Shown piece after piece: positions 35,700-48,124 of a stretch of DNA of 64,000 nucleotides. The position numbers and the translations under genes were made by a program. Origin of the DNA: Vicugna vicugna (Eukaryota); assembly GCA_013265495.1 (NCBI GenBank), contig MU057416.1:1482545-1546544 (forward strand). Reading direction: 5' to 3'. Every line of letters starts with the position of its first letter. The first letter of the stretch is position 1. The notes beneath the pieces were generated by a model, which saw only the letters and a program-made list of their open reading frames with translations, had not been told where the DNA came from and ran no database searches.

Positions 35700-36808
35700 C
35701 TGCAAAGACAGGAAAACACCGCCATCAGTGCGGGCAGTGGTGGACCAACCTCCGAGCCGCTCCAGGAGCCCTTCCCTCTCAAAGCGGTCCCACCAGCCCT
35801 CTAGCCCTCTGCTCACTGCAGTTCTTCTCCAGAAACATCCGAGTTGCACCCTGCTCTTAAATAACGCAGATACACAGTGAAAGATCAAAACTGGGCCAGG
35901 GAGAGGCGTCTGCAACGATCAGGGAGGGAAAGCCGAGGTCTGGCTTCGCGTCAGCTAGACTCTGTGACCTTGAGCCACCCTCCTGGGAAGAGAAACGCCC
36001 GTGGCCACGGAAACCGGGCTGAAGCCTTAATTCTACCCGCGATTTCCCCTACGCGTTCTTGTAGCCACTCATTTCTTGCTCCAAAGACCTCACGTGCATA
36101 AACGCTGTTTCCTGTCCTGCGCGGTTCCGGGCTTCCATCGAGTTTCACCTCCAACATCTAGTGTTTTCTTTTTTTAAAAATCATGTTATTTTCTGCTACT
36201 CTTCAGTTTTCTAAAATTTGCTCCTTTATCTCTTCTCCTTTGCCTACATTTGTCACTCCTTCCTCACAAACTCACTAGTCCTTGGCAAACAACTGCTCAA
36301 GATGTCCTCTAAGCTAATTACGTGTGGGAGTGCTTTATACACCTTAAACCAGCAAGTAAGGCAAGGCAGCATCAATTTAGGATGAACTACTGATCACATT
36401 TAGTGGTTTATTTTCAAACTCTACAATAGTGTTCCAACTTCAGTATCAGGTTTTTCAAAACACAAATGCAAAGGAGGCTAAACTGACACAAAAACCACAA
36501 CTCATCTGGTCAGTGGGATCCCCCCAAAGCCAAAGCCTGCTCTTTGAATAGAAAATGTATTAAAAAGAAAAATATTTTCTAAAGAAAGCTATCTTTAAGC
36601 CGTCAATGAAGACATTAGTTCAATACAATAAAAAAATTCTCTAAAATCATGTATTTTCGTACAAACTACCATCAGAAGCAAAATTACTAGCAGCACTAGT
36701 GACTACAGGTCCAAGTATGCAGCTTCAGTTTGCAATTCGGACACAGCGAGGATGACGCGGGAAATACATCACTTCTTCCCCATCATGGCACACGGAGCTC
36801 TGACTCAC

Positions 36809-37621
36809 CTGGAATAGAGCTCGGAGGATCACAGGAAGAAGGAAGGCAGCCGTCTTCCCGGAGCCGGTGTCGGCGCTGGCCAGGACATCTCGGCCCAGAA
36901 GTCCCACGGGAATCATCTGCATCTGGATGGGCGTGGGGACCTCGTAGCCTGAGGCCTTCAAGTTGTGGTTCAAGGCCTCGGGGAAGCCGCAATGCTCGAA
37001 GTCAACCACCGGCCTGGCGACGCCTTGCCCTTGAACTACGATTCCCAGCTGCCCTCGAAGGTTTTCAATCTGGTCCTCCCGGAGACTGGAGATGAAGGCG
37101 TGCTCGGTGTAGACGTAAGCGGCCGGACGCGGAGCCGCCGGCTCAGAACCCGCTTCCTGCGGACCGCTGGGCTCCCCCTGCCCTGCCCGCCCCTCAACCT
37201 GCAGCAGGTGCCTGGCCTTACACTCCAGGCTACACACATCCTCGTCCGTCGTGTCGCAGACGTACTCTCCGAACCGGCCGCACACGACGCACACCGGCTC
37301 CCCCGGCTGCGCCCAGCGCTGGGTTTTGGAGAAGGACTTCACGGGCTCCTCGGGGAGATCGCTGTCCCTCGCACCCCGTTCAGGTCCGGCCAAAGCCACA
37401 TCGGCCGCCAGGCCCGCGGGGCCCGGGAGAGGGCCCGGCTCCGGGCCCTGAGAGGCTGGCAGTGCGGCCCCTTCGGTGCCTGGGGCGTCGGCCGGACCAT
37501 CTCCGCCTGCATCCAGTCCAGCGGCTGCGGCTGCGGCTTCGGCTTTAATTTTCTTGGCTGCGCAACTTCTGCCGTCATCATTAGCGTTCCTCCTGACTTT
37601 CAGGGATCTTGGAACAAACAT
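36809..37621 (-). CDS. DDX59: DDX59 exon 2 (first coding exon): N-terminus, HIT-type zinc finger, Q motif, Walker A
   Basis: MFVPRSLKV...[28 protein letters not shown]...GYEVPTPIQ...ADTGSGKT...RALFQ. Acceptor tttcctccgcag| gives exon start 37632 (11 nt UTR); donor CAG|gtgagt. 813 coding nt. Confidence 0.97.
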
Positions 37622-38429
37622 CCTTCAATACTCTGCGGAGGAAATTATATATGAGCTTTATTTTATCCTCCATAGAGTTCACGAATGAAGTACCCTGGGC
37701 GTGCCGTGGAGTTGGGTGACCTGGGCTTTGCCTCAAAGGCACAGAGAAAGCTGCGCTCACTCACCCGCCACTGCCCTCGGGAACGGAGGCCCCTTCCTCA
37801 TAGGCACGACTATGGGACACTGCACCCGCCTGCACACGGCTCACCTCTGCTTGTTGAGACTGACTGCGCTCTGGAATACCAGACATCACCCAAACTCTGC
37901 GTAAACCCTTCTCGTACATGTTCACAAATCAATCAATCAATCACAATCAGTCAAACAGTAACACCTACAGGTGGTGACTGCGCTGCTGGCACCGGCTGAA
38001 CACCTCGCAGGGGAACTTGCATGCGCCAGCCTGCACAGCCTGTCAGCCTCCCCCCTCAGACACACACACAGATGCACAGATACAGACGCACACAGACACC
38101 CAGACAGACATGCGCGCGCGGTCCGCTTATGTTACTGGGCGTCACACGGCGGACTCAGTTCTGGGGAGGACTCTGCACCTGGAGGCCAAGTGACTAGACG
38201 GAACCGGCGCCCCAGCTCCAGGGAGGCCTCGCAACCACAGCTCTTTCCATTCACACCGAAAACAGGCTTTCGTAAACGATGGTAATTGGGAAACAGGTGT
38301 TTAACCTAATCTGAGGCCTGCCAAATACACTAATAAGCATTTTTCTCAAAAAAATTTCTTAGGATAGATCGTCAGAGTCCGTTTTTCAGAAAAAAAATCC
38401 CCCCCAAAAATGTGAGGGTGTAGAGTCAC

Positions 38430-39540
38430 CACCTTAGGTCTCCGGAAAGGTCAGGGGCGGGGTGGGGGAGGGGCGGCAGCACGCGAGCCGCACAGCTCGG
38501 GACACGGGTCCTTACGGCGGAACCGGGGCGGCACGGGGCGGGGCGGGACGGGCTCGGCTCAGGTTCCCGCCGGCGCCCCCTCCTGCCCTCCCCCACGACG
38601 TCACCGCTGGGCGTTGCCCTGCTTACCCCGACGTCAACCCCGCGCGTCGCCGCGCTCCTCCCGACGCCACCCCTGGGCGTCACCGCCCGGCTCCGCACGC
38701 AGCGGCGCGTGACGTCACGGCGCTGCCAGGCGGTGGGTAGGGCGGGCTGGCCCGGAGGCCGGAGGGGGCGCCCGCGAGGGGCGGGTCTGCCCAGGGCCCG
38801 TACCGCCACCGCGGCCGGGCGGCCGGGTCCCTCGCGAGAGGAGCAGGACGCAAGGCAGGCCCGAGCCGCGGGGCCGGGTGCACGCTCACCCGCGCAGATG
38901 GCGGCCGCTTCCGCTCCGGCTCAGGGCCGGCCCACCCTTCAGGCACTTCCGGCCGGTACGCCCGGGCCGCGCGGCCGCCCTGCAGCTTGGGGGCGGTGCG
39001 GAGCGCAGAATCCACTTCTCCGGGTTTTGGGAGGGGCCGCAGCGCGCGGAGAGGCGGGCCACCGCGGGGGCGGAGCTCGTCTTGGGGAGGGGGAGGGGCG
39101 AGCGCGGGACCTGCGGGCTGGGGGCGGGCGGGGAGCCGGGCGGGGAGCCGGGCGGGGCGCGGAGAGCGGAGGCCGGCCCGAAACCCTGATATACGCACAC
39201 CTGGCGGGAGTCAGTGTGGCATCGGCGGGGCAGGTTTCCTGTGCGTGCTCGGCGCCCCGGCGCCGAGAGGAAAGGCCGGCGATCCCGTCCTGGGCCCCCG
39301 GGGGTCCGGGCCCCGGGCCGCTGGCAGTGGGGACGCGATGGGGAGAAGGTGCAGGAGCGGAAGCGGGGACCGGCGCTGGATGACTTACACGCTGTCAATG
39401 TGATGCTCGATGCGTACGAAGTGACGTGCTGGACAGATACGCACCTGTGAAAGCAGGCTGATAAGCCGCGGCCCGTGACTCCGCGACACGATCGGCGCGG
39501 AGCGTGGCTGACGCACCTCCCGTTCTGCCCCTGCTCCTTC
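38430..39540. promoter_or_regulatory. DDX59: DDX59 CpG-island promoter
   Basis: Dense CpG. ETS CCGGAAGT (minus) 38945-38952, YY1-like AGATGGCGGC 38896-38905, multiple GGGCGG boxes 39120-39160, full CRE TGACGTCA 38710-38717. Confidence 0.9.
38890..38960 (-). other. DDX59: Putative DDX59 non-coding exon 1
   Basis: Donor CGG|gtgagc at 38889, just downstream of ETS/YY1 motifs. TSS position approximate. Confidence 0.65.
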
Positions 39541-41694
39541 CTCAGCTACCGATGACCTGAGCGGTGTCTCCCCGCCGGTTTAGTCGTTTCATCATCGTTG
39601 GATGCATTCCTAAGCGATATATAGTGTCTTTTTTGAGCTTTGTGAAAATAACATACATATCTAGCCTTGTGGGATTTGCTTTATATTCAACATGTTTTCT
39701 TGATTCATTCAAGTTGCTAAGTGCAAGCAAGCAGTAGAACATTTATTTTCATCACTGTAACATAGTGTCTGTAAATTAGTTTGTGTATAGCTGTTCATTC
39801 ATTTTTCTGCGGACACTTGAGTTGTCACCAGTAGTATTGGAGGCTAATGGAATTTGAGTTTCAGGGCCCCTTACTCCCGTGGGTCTCCTCTATCCTGAAA
39901 GAGGAGGCTGGTAACGTGTTCATACGGTCATATGATCTTGTAAAATCTACGGAAGAAAGTCATTTAAACCTAAATGGGTTTAGGACCAGTTTCTCCACAT
40001 CCTGCGTGCCCTCCTCCAGCACCTCTCAGGTGGGCTGATGGGTGGCTGCAGGCATTTGGGGATGGAGCGAAGGCGGGCTGAGTTGGAGGTACGTTCATTT
40101 TCACTTGGGTGGGATGTACGCATGAGGGTTGCAGTCTTTATTGCCAGGCTCTTGCTTTTCGTCCCAGAGTAGGAAGACGCGGGGAACAGACGTGTGTTCT
40201 CCAGCACCGAGCACCGGAGGTATGTGCGTGCTGGGGGCGAAACAGAGTGAAAGAAAGGAGCTGGAAGCGAGTCTGTAAAAACCCACGAGATGTGCAAATT
40301 GTATCAGGGGACCCAGTTCTGACCAGTGCATAGTCAGATGGAGCTTCTCTAATTAGGGATGTAGTCATTCTTAGATGATTATAAATGCACTTTACATTTT
40401 TCCTTCATTGATGAGAATCACACAAAGTAAAATTTATCAGACTTCCTGAGTTTGTAGGTCACAAACCTATAACAGAACTACAGTGAGTCTGCCTGTATGT
40501 GAAGACATGTTTTTACATCCCAAATGTTAAAAATAAAAAATGTCCAATAAATTGTGCTAAAAGAAAGACAACCTTTTCATTCTCTCTACAGAAACTAATG
40601 TACAGAAATCACTGTCATATGAAGAGGAGCTTACGAAGTATGCAGCCAAAACTGCGAAGGAACAAGATACAGAGATGCGTGACACAGTTAATTAAGAGTA
40701 CGGTGCTTTCCTGGGTGTTTTCACGTTTGTAATTTGTGGGATTGTTCTCTGCAAAACCTGAGTCTGCTCCTGGTGGTGACTGACAAGGCTGGCAGGACCA
40801 ATCCTGTGCACTTCCACTGTGGTTGTGCCCAGTCTCCCTGAACCTGGGAGCAACGTGACTGGGTCAGAGGGGTGGGGCGGACAGCTTTACCAGACGATGC
40901 TGAGGTGTTTTCAAAGTGGCGGTGCCAGTCTCTCCTGCACCAGCACTCATCAGCCCTCTCCTGTTATTCCACATTCTCTCCAGTCCTTGTCATGGGTCAA
41001 GCGTCTTAACTTTTGCTAGTCTACTAAGAATAAATTGGTACCTGATTATGGTCTTAATTTGTATCCCCTAATTACTGATAACACTGAACATTTTTCCATA
41101 TGCTGACTGTTCATTCCTGTTTCTCTTCCTTTTCTAATGGTTTTAAACCCATAATATAGAGAACAATCTTCTGTCAATTATGTGAGAACAGTCAGGATTG
41201 TATTTTCTCCCTGTTTATAACATGTGTTTTCAAATATTTTAAAAATGTTTTACTTTTTATTTTGAAAAAAAAATCAAACTTACAGGACTAACACAGTAAC
41301 TGTGTACCCTTTGCGCAGACTCACTGTTTGCTGCATTTGTGTGGACGAGACTATATATTATTTTTTCTGAACCGTTTGGGAGTCAGTTGTAGCATCCATC
41401 TTTGAAAACAAAGATATTCTCATGTTTCCACAGAACAATTTTCAGATGTAAGTAGTTTAACGGTGATTTGATACCAATGTGTAGTATCAGTCCACACTGA
41501 AATTTCATCAGTTGTTCCAGTAATGTCATTTAGAGCAACCCGCTCCCCCCAGTTCAGGACCTAGTCCAAGATCTTTTCACTTTCTTTGTTTCTACACCGT
41601 GTTTTGATGAATAAATGTTCTTAAATTTAACATAATTAAGTTTGTCTTTTTTTTTTTTTGTAGTTAGCAACCTTGATGTCTTAAAAACTTGTCC

Positions 41695-42025
41695 TGCCAG
41701 GGATTGAGGGGAGGGAGGGACGAATGGGCAGAGCATAGGGGATGCTTAGGGCAGTGAAACAGTTCTGCATGATACACGTCATTATACATTTGTCCAGACC
41801 CACGCAGCGCACGATCCCAAGGGTGAATCCTGACATAAACGATGGTCTCTGGGTGGTGATGTGTCAGTGCAGGATCATCAGTGGCAGCAAAGGTTCCCTC
41901 TGGTGGGGGGTGTCAGGACAGGGTTGTGCACGTGTGAGAGCAGATGCCACACCTCTGTACCTGCCGCTCACTTTGCTGTGAACCTAAAACTGCTCCAGAA
42001 AATAAAGTAAATTAGAGGGAAAAAA
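41695..42025 (+). mobile_element. L1MC-like 3' fragment
   Basis: gccagggattgagggg...gcagagcataggggatgcttagggcagtgaaac...cattatacatttgtccagacccac...ctgtgaacctaaaactgctccagaaaataaagt. Confidence 0.75.
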
Positions 42026-42059
42026 ATCCTTGCCTACCCTAACGATGGAAACGTATTTC

Positions 42060-43040
42060 TTTTTTTTCAATTCCTATTTTTTAATTGAAGTACAGTTGAT
42101 TTACAGTGTTAGTTTCAGATGTACAGCAAAGTGATTCAGTCATACATTTTTTTCAGATTATTTTCCATTATATGTTAGAAGGAATTGAATATAGTTCCCA
42201 GTGCTATGCAGTAGGTCCTTGTTGTTTATCTATTTTATATATAGTGATGTGACTTCTAATTTATTCCTCCCCCGCCTTTTCCCCTTTGGTAACCAGTTTG
42301 TTTTCTATGTCCGTGAATCTATTTTTGGTTTGTAAATAACATCTGTGTCATTATTTTTCAGGTAGCCATTTTTTAAAAAGTTCTTATTTTGTTACTGAAG
42401 TGTAGTCAATTTACAATATTAGTTTCAGGTATACAGCAAAATGATTCAGTTATACATACACATACACATATATGTATATTTTCAGATTCTTTTCTATTAC
42501 AGCTCATTACAAAGAATTGAATTTAGTTTCCTGTGCTGTACAGTAGGTCCTTGTTGTTTATCCATTTTATATATAGTAATGTGTGTATCTGTTAATCCCA
42601 AACTCCTAATCTATCCCTCCTCTGCCCCACCCCTTCCCCCACTGCCCCAAACCACGGTTTGTTTTCTGTGTCCATGAGTCTATTAGTGTATTTTTGGTTT
42701 GTAAATAACATTTGTATCATTTTTTTTAGATTCCACATATAAGTGATACCATATAATATTTGTCTTTCTCTGATTTACTTCACTTAATACGATAATCTCT
42801 AGGTCTATCCGTGTTGCTGCAAACGGCATTATTTCATTTTTTCTTAAGGCTGAGAAATACCCCATTATACACATATATATACACCACATCTTTATCCAGT
42901 CACCTGTCATTGGACATTTAGGTTGTCTCCATGTCTTGGCTGTTGAATATAGTGCTGCTGTGAACACTGGGGTGCTCGTGTCTTTCTGATACACTTTTCC
43001 CCAGATATATGCCCAGGAGTGGGATTGCTGGATCATATGG
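42060..43040 (-). mobile_element. Two stacked L1 3' ends (about 42060-42360 and 42380-43040)
   Basis: Both begin (+ strand) tgaagt..agt..atttaca...ttagtttcag.tgtacagcaaa.tgattcagt. The longer one translates on minus as MIQQSHSWAYI...KKNEIMPFAAT-like L1 ORF2-end text. Confidence 0.88.
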
Positions 43041-43049
43041 TTTTTAAGT

Positions 43050-43700
43050 GTATGTTTATAAGTAAGATGGACCTACAACTTTCCTTTCTCACGTGATCCA
43101 TGGTTATACAAGCGTCAAAGAATGACGTGGGGAATATGGTATTTTTATTCAGCTCCAGGATTTTAAAATCTCTATTATTTCTTCTTTAAACAGTGAGTTA
43201 TTTAAAGACTTTCGTAATTCAAAATATATTTATGTTTTGTGCACATATATTTGTTGCACTGTGGCCAGAGGATCAGAGATCCTTGAGATTTGCTGTCCGA
43301 GGTAGTCCATCAGTTTTTAGGAACGTCTGAAGCCGAGAAGGAATACCGATTCCACCATCAGGTAGACAGGCGCAGTGATGTACAGCAGCAAGTCACACTT
43401 GCTGTTGAGATTTTCTGCCTCTTTACTAACAGGCCAGTATGCCCCTTGCCCATTAACAGAGAAAGTGGATCAAACAGTCAAGCTGCTGTTGGAGCAGTGG
43501 GTCTGCAGCCCTGTGGGCCCCTCTCACCCGGGGGCCCCCTGTTGTCCACTGCCGTGTGAACCAATAAACGCCTTTTCTATTTTTCAAAAAGAAAAAAGAT
43601 GGTGGATTTGTCCATTTCTCCCTATAGTTTCAGCAATTTTAGTGTTGTGTGTTTTGGGGCCATTTTATTTTAGAATCAGTATTTGCAAAGCAATCAGGCA
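43050..43700 (-). mobile_element. Highly decayed L1 ORF2 (endonuclease-region) relic
   Basis: Reverse complement loosely follows L1 ORF2 5' text (ctttctctgttaatgggc...aaagaggcagaaaatctcaacagc...gaatcggtattccttctcggc). Confidence 0.4.
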
Positions 43701-45199
43701 TTAATATGTCATAGAATCTTAGATTTGAATGCACGCAGGGGCCCAGGCACAGCCTGCACTCCCCGCGGCCAGGCAGAGGGGACTGTGCGCAGCGCCCTGC
43801 TTCGGGGCCAGCTGACTTACTAAATTCTTACAGAGGCAGCGCACTTCTTTCTTACCTTACAGGGCAGCCCCCTTCTTCATTGGAGACCTCTGCTTGATTG
43901 TAATTACTGTTTAATTAGACTCTCTAAAGCCAGGCATTATGCAAAGCCTTTCACAAACTTGATCATGTTTCATTCGTATAAAGTGGGTGTTTTATCCCCA
44001 CTGCACTAATGGAGAAACAGGTGATTAAGCGCCCCGCCCGAGGTCACGCAGGCAGTGGTGCAACAGCAGGAACTCACGCCCAGCTCTGTCTCCTAAATCA
44101 CCGGGACTACACTCCTGGGGTCTTTATGTTGGCTCTAAAACCACATCCCAGAACTTTCAATCAAGAGACCTGGTCCCAACCAGCATTTCCAGCATTCCCA
44201 GCACGTCCTAATCCTTTGGAAACCGCAGAAATAGTTAACGCTGATATGTGTCCCAGAGCCCTACCCATCTCTCGTCGGTTTCTCACAGGCGCTTTGGGGA
44301 CTTGCCACGTACATGCCTGTTCTTATTACGACTTTCGGGAAACTAGTCTGTCTTTACACGTGGGATGCTTCATGCTTAACGTGCAGCCTAGTTACAGCCC
44401 GTACCTGCCTGTGAGTGAGGCATGCCAGATGAAGCCTAATATTTAACATCAAGCCCTTCATCTTTCGAAGTTGGTAAGTCAGCCTCAGGACCACACGCAC
44501 GTCCCATGTGGCTCCACCCCACCGGGTGTCCTTTAATAAGGAGCTCCGATTCAGCTTTCTTCTTAGGTCTCACCAGAACCCTGTCCAGTTAACCTAAGCT
44601 GCAACTTCTGCCTTCTTCACAAGACATCTTCACCGACACACTTTAGGATGGTTGTTTACCCGTGGGACCACGGAAACCCCTCGGACAGTTCACGCGGAGA
44701 GCGCATGTGGCGTGAGGAATGCATTGCTGCTGTGCACTATGCTTTATGGCAGGGAGGCCGGGACAATGCCCAGGGTGACTCAGTTAGACGAGAGCTGTGG
44801 AATGCATACATCCTGCGTAGTCATTCTGAAAGTCTGCCTTCTGCTGTGTCCAGGACCAGCAACGCCGCAGGGACGTGAACGGGCCTGCAGGCGCTTCTCT
44901 GGTGCTGCGGAGACACGTTCGAGAGTAGTCACGCCGTCATTCTTCCATCCAGGCCCGTCTGTGTCACACCTGGTAGTGAAGAGCTACCCCTTGCTCCTTT
45001 AACATGGGAGGCTGGGAGGCCGCGCACACTGCCATCAGGGTGGAGGCGGAAAAGCACAGGCTGACAGCATTCAGCTGCCAGTGAGATTCCCCCCACCCCG
45101 CGTCATCACAGTGGCTCCGGCCACAACGCAGACCCTCCCACGTTCTGCCTCCGGTGACTTTTTCTTACTAGTAGCATGACAAAGCCTTCGAGTGCTAAA

Positions 45200-45890
45200 G
45201 TTGAATTATTTACTCACTGAGGGGACTTCCAGCAGCTATCACGTGACAAGGCTAGGAATACAAGGATGAACAAGAAAGACCCCACCCCTGCCTTCACCCG
45301 GCCTGCGGCGGAGGGTGGAGACAGTTACGTAGTAAGTGCTGTGACAGGGATGTGTGCAAGGCCACAGGGACATGGAGAGCGGGAACACAACCCAAACATG
45401 GGGAAACAAGACAGCCTTGCAGAGGAAGTGAAGCTTAAACTGAGACTGAAGGCTGCAGGGAAACTGGGGCCACCGAAACAGGAAGGGGAAGAGGAGGGGA
45501 AAGGCCGGCGTGAGCGTGGCACTTCCGAGGAACCGAAAGAAGTTGGGCGCTGTCTGTGTGGGCCGAGTTACGCCGTGGTCACAAAAGGCCCCACGTCTCA
45601 GGGGCACATGGCAACCATGGCTTACTCCTCACTCCTGCTGCCGTGTGGAGAGAAGACTCCACATGTGGGGGTAAAACTGAGGCAGGAAGCTGAGGCAGGA
45701 ATCCAGGCTGGAGAAGATGGCGGCCTGAACTAAAGTGGCAGCCGTGGAGACACAGAGGAGTGACAGAATCAGGAGATGTGTAGGAAGCGGTGTTACCGGC
45801 TCTTCCTGACGGACTGGACGTGGCGGGGAGAGGAGGCAGCCGTGGCTGACATGCAGGCTTTGCACTGACCACCGAACAGCAGGGAGAGAA
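45200..45890 (-). mobile_element. L2 LINE relic
   Basis: ggctaggaatacaaggatgaacaag...agtaagtgctgtgacaggg...gaggaagtgaagcttaaactgagactgaagg...ggcctgaactaaagtggcagccgtggaga. Confidence 0.6.
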
Positions 45891-46203
45891 AAGCTTTCAC
45901 AGGTCAACTTAGCTTGCACAATAGCATGATGCATATTTTATTATTAATTTCAGAAACATCTTCCTATGACTCTTGAACACATCATGGAGTTTATGATCTC
46001 AGTGATCAGTATTATCACTTCTGCCCGAACTCCTGCCACAGACGTATTCACAGAAGTACATAATTCTTGGCAGTGAAGGACACCAAGTTAGGAGGTACCT
46101 AGTTAAGACTAGGTCTGTTTTACAACCTTACATTCACCCTAAAAGTTGAACTTACAATGATGTCATTGGATGGTTAGAAAAAAATAGACCGGTTCTGAGC
46201 TAC

Positions 46204-46600
46204 TGTCAGAGGTGAAGACATTTTTCTCCACCCTTCTAGGCTCTTCTGGCTGGTCTAAGTATTAAATCGATGTGAAACAGATTAACAGGTGACAAGCAAA
46301 CAAAATTTAATAACATTTACAGATGGGAGAGACCCAGAGAAACTGAGTGACTCCCCAAAAGGGCCAAAACCCTTACTTTAAACACCATCTTCAGGTAAGG
46401 ACAAAAGAAGATGTTGGCGGTAGTGTCCTGGGAATTCTAAGGGGAGGAAGTTAGATCACATGGAGATGGAAAAGCAAGTGTCGAAAGACTTTTGTCTATC
46501 TTTTACTTCTGAAAACGTAAGCGAACGTTTTATAGATGTGCACAAACAGCAGATCTGCCTACTAGGCAGACAGAAGCACAGGACAGTAACTTCTGTCCGC
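46204..46600 (-). mobile_element. ERV LTR relic
   Basis: tgtcagaggtgaagac...ggctggtctaagtattaaatcgatgtgaaacagattaacagg...aaatttaataaca...gggagagacccagagaaactgagt, resembling a laurasiatherian ERV1 LTR in reverse. Boundaries approximate. Confidence 0.55.
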
Positions 46601-46792
46601 TCAGCGACCCGTCCTGGTGCTGGCGTCCCAGCCACCTACAGTGGCTCCCCCGTGCTCCCTCGGGTGTTTGTATGACAGCTCCACCTCTGGCTGACAAATA
46701 TCTGAGTCGTTTCCACTTCTTTGCTATTGAAAGTAGTGCTGCAACGTACAGCCTGGGTTTTAGACACTTTATTAGGCTTTTACAAGTTTGAT

Positions 46793-46950
46793 TATATTTC
46801 AGTGAACCTGAAACCCCACTGATTGTAAGATGCACCATTACTTTATGTGGCACTAAAAAAGAGAAACACCCTGCCAATTAATTGTAAGATGCAAGTCAAT
46901 TTCAGAGATTTAAAGTGTGAAAAAAGTATGCATCTTAAGCCTGATGAAAT
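46793..46950. mobile_element. MER104-like TcMar DNA transposon
   Basis: Imperfect TIRs (atttcagtgaa ... ctgatgaaat) and internal ttgtaagatgca repeats. Confidence 0.7.
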
Positions 46951-48124
46951 TTAAATCTCATTGCACCCCCACAGCACCCCAAGAGGCAGGTGCAGGGATC
47001 ACCAGCTCCACCATGGAAGAGACTTCGTGTTTTTCACCCTGGTTCCACCAAGAACTGTGCCTGGCACAAGTGGGTACTTAATACACATTCGTTCACTAAA
47101 TGAATATGGACACTCTGAGGAACAAAGTTTAATGCACTTGGCTGAGACAAGACAGTTGTTTACTGGTGGATCCTGGATCTGATCCAAGAAAGTCACGATT
47201 CATACCTGCCTCGTCCACCCTACAGGTTCACGATCACCAGCTACAACTGGATCCTCCAAAGCTCGGTTGCTTTTCTCTGGTCACTCGCACTTAAATTCAC
47301 AGGAGCAACTACCCAAAGCATGACTTCTTCCGAGCCTCAAGGGCCCCTTCCCCCAACCTCCACTGCCCTGCCGACGTGGACACCACGTCTGTGGTCTCTG
47401 TCTCATGGGCTGCTTCATGAAGTTATTTAATTTGAAATATTCTCTTTCAACGGCAGGTTACTTTATGAAGCAATACAAGTCAATACTTTATACAGGAAAT
47501 GAAAATAACAGTAAACTTTGAGATTTTCAAGATATGGGGAAAAGATGGTTACTTGTCTTTAAGTCAATCTATCAAAAAATTATTAGTTTTGAGATGTCCC
47601 TCTTTGTATAAGTCCATGTAAAAAGGGGATTAAAATTGGTGAAGACTTGACAATGACCATCCGCACCTGCGGGGAGGGTGTGGGGAAGTGAGGCCCTTGT
47701 GCGTTGTTCATCAGCCAGCACAACGGCCAGGTGTGTCAAGAACTTACACATATTCATGCCTCACAATTCCCACTCTAGGTTTTTCCTTATAAACTAAGTA
47801 CTGATATACATAAAGGTATATTTTGGGGTTTTTTAATTACATATTTGGAAAAAATGTTATTGTGGGAACAGCCTAAATATTAAACAAAAGGAAATTAAAC
47901 TACTATTGTTTAATTAATGGAATAAAATTAATCAACAATGGAATAAAAGGCAGCCATTAAAAGTTATGTTGAATATTTAATGAGATAAGAGGATATTAAT
48001 GATTTCTTTTTTAAAAAGTAAGTTAAAAACTGTATGGTTGATATGATCCAATTATTTTGAAAAAATAATAGTAACAGAGAGGAAAAAATTTGAGGAAGGA
48101 TTCATGGCAAATATTAACAGTACT

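Noticed and set aside
36965..37654. 229-aa antisense ORF over DDX59 exon 2 (and similar ones over KIF14 exon 2)
   Set aside because: Shadow ORFs caused by high GC3 of the real exon.
38426..39450. Long ORFs (up to 224 aa) at the DDX59 promoter
   Set aside because: Same CpG-island artefact.
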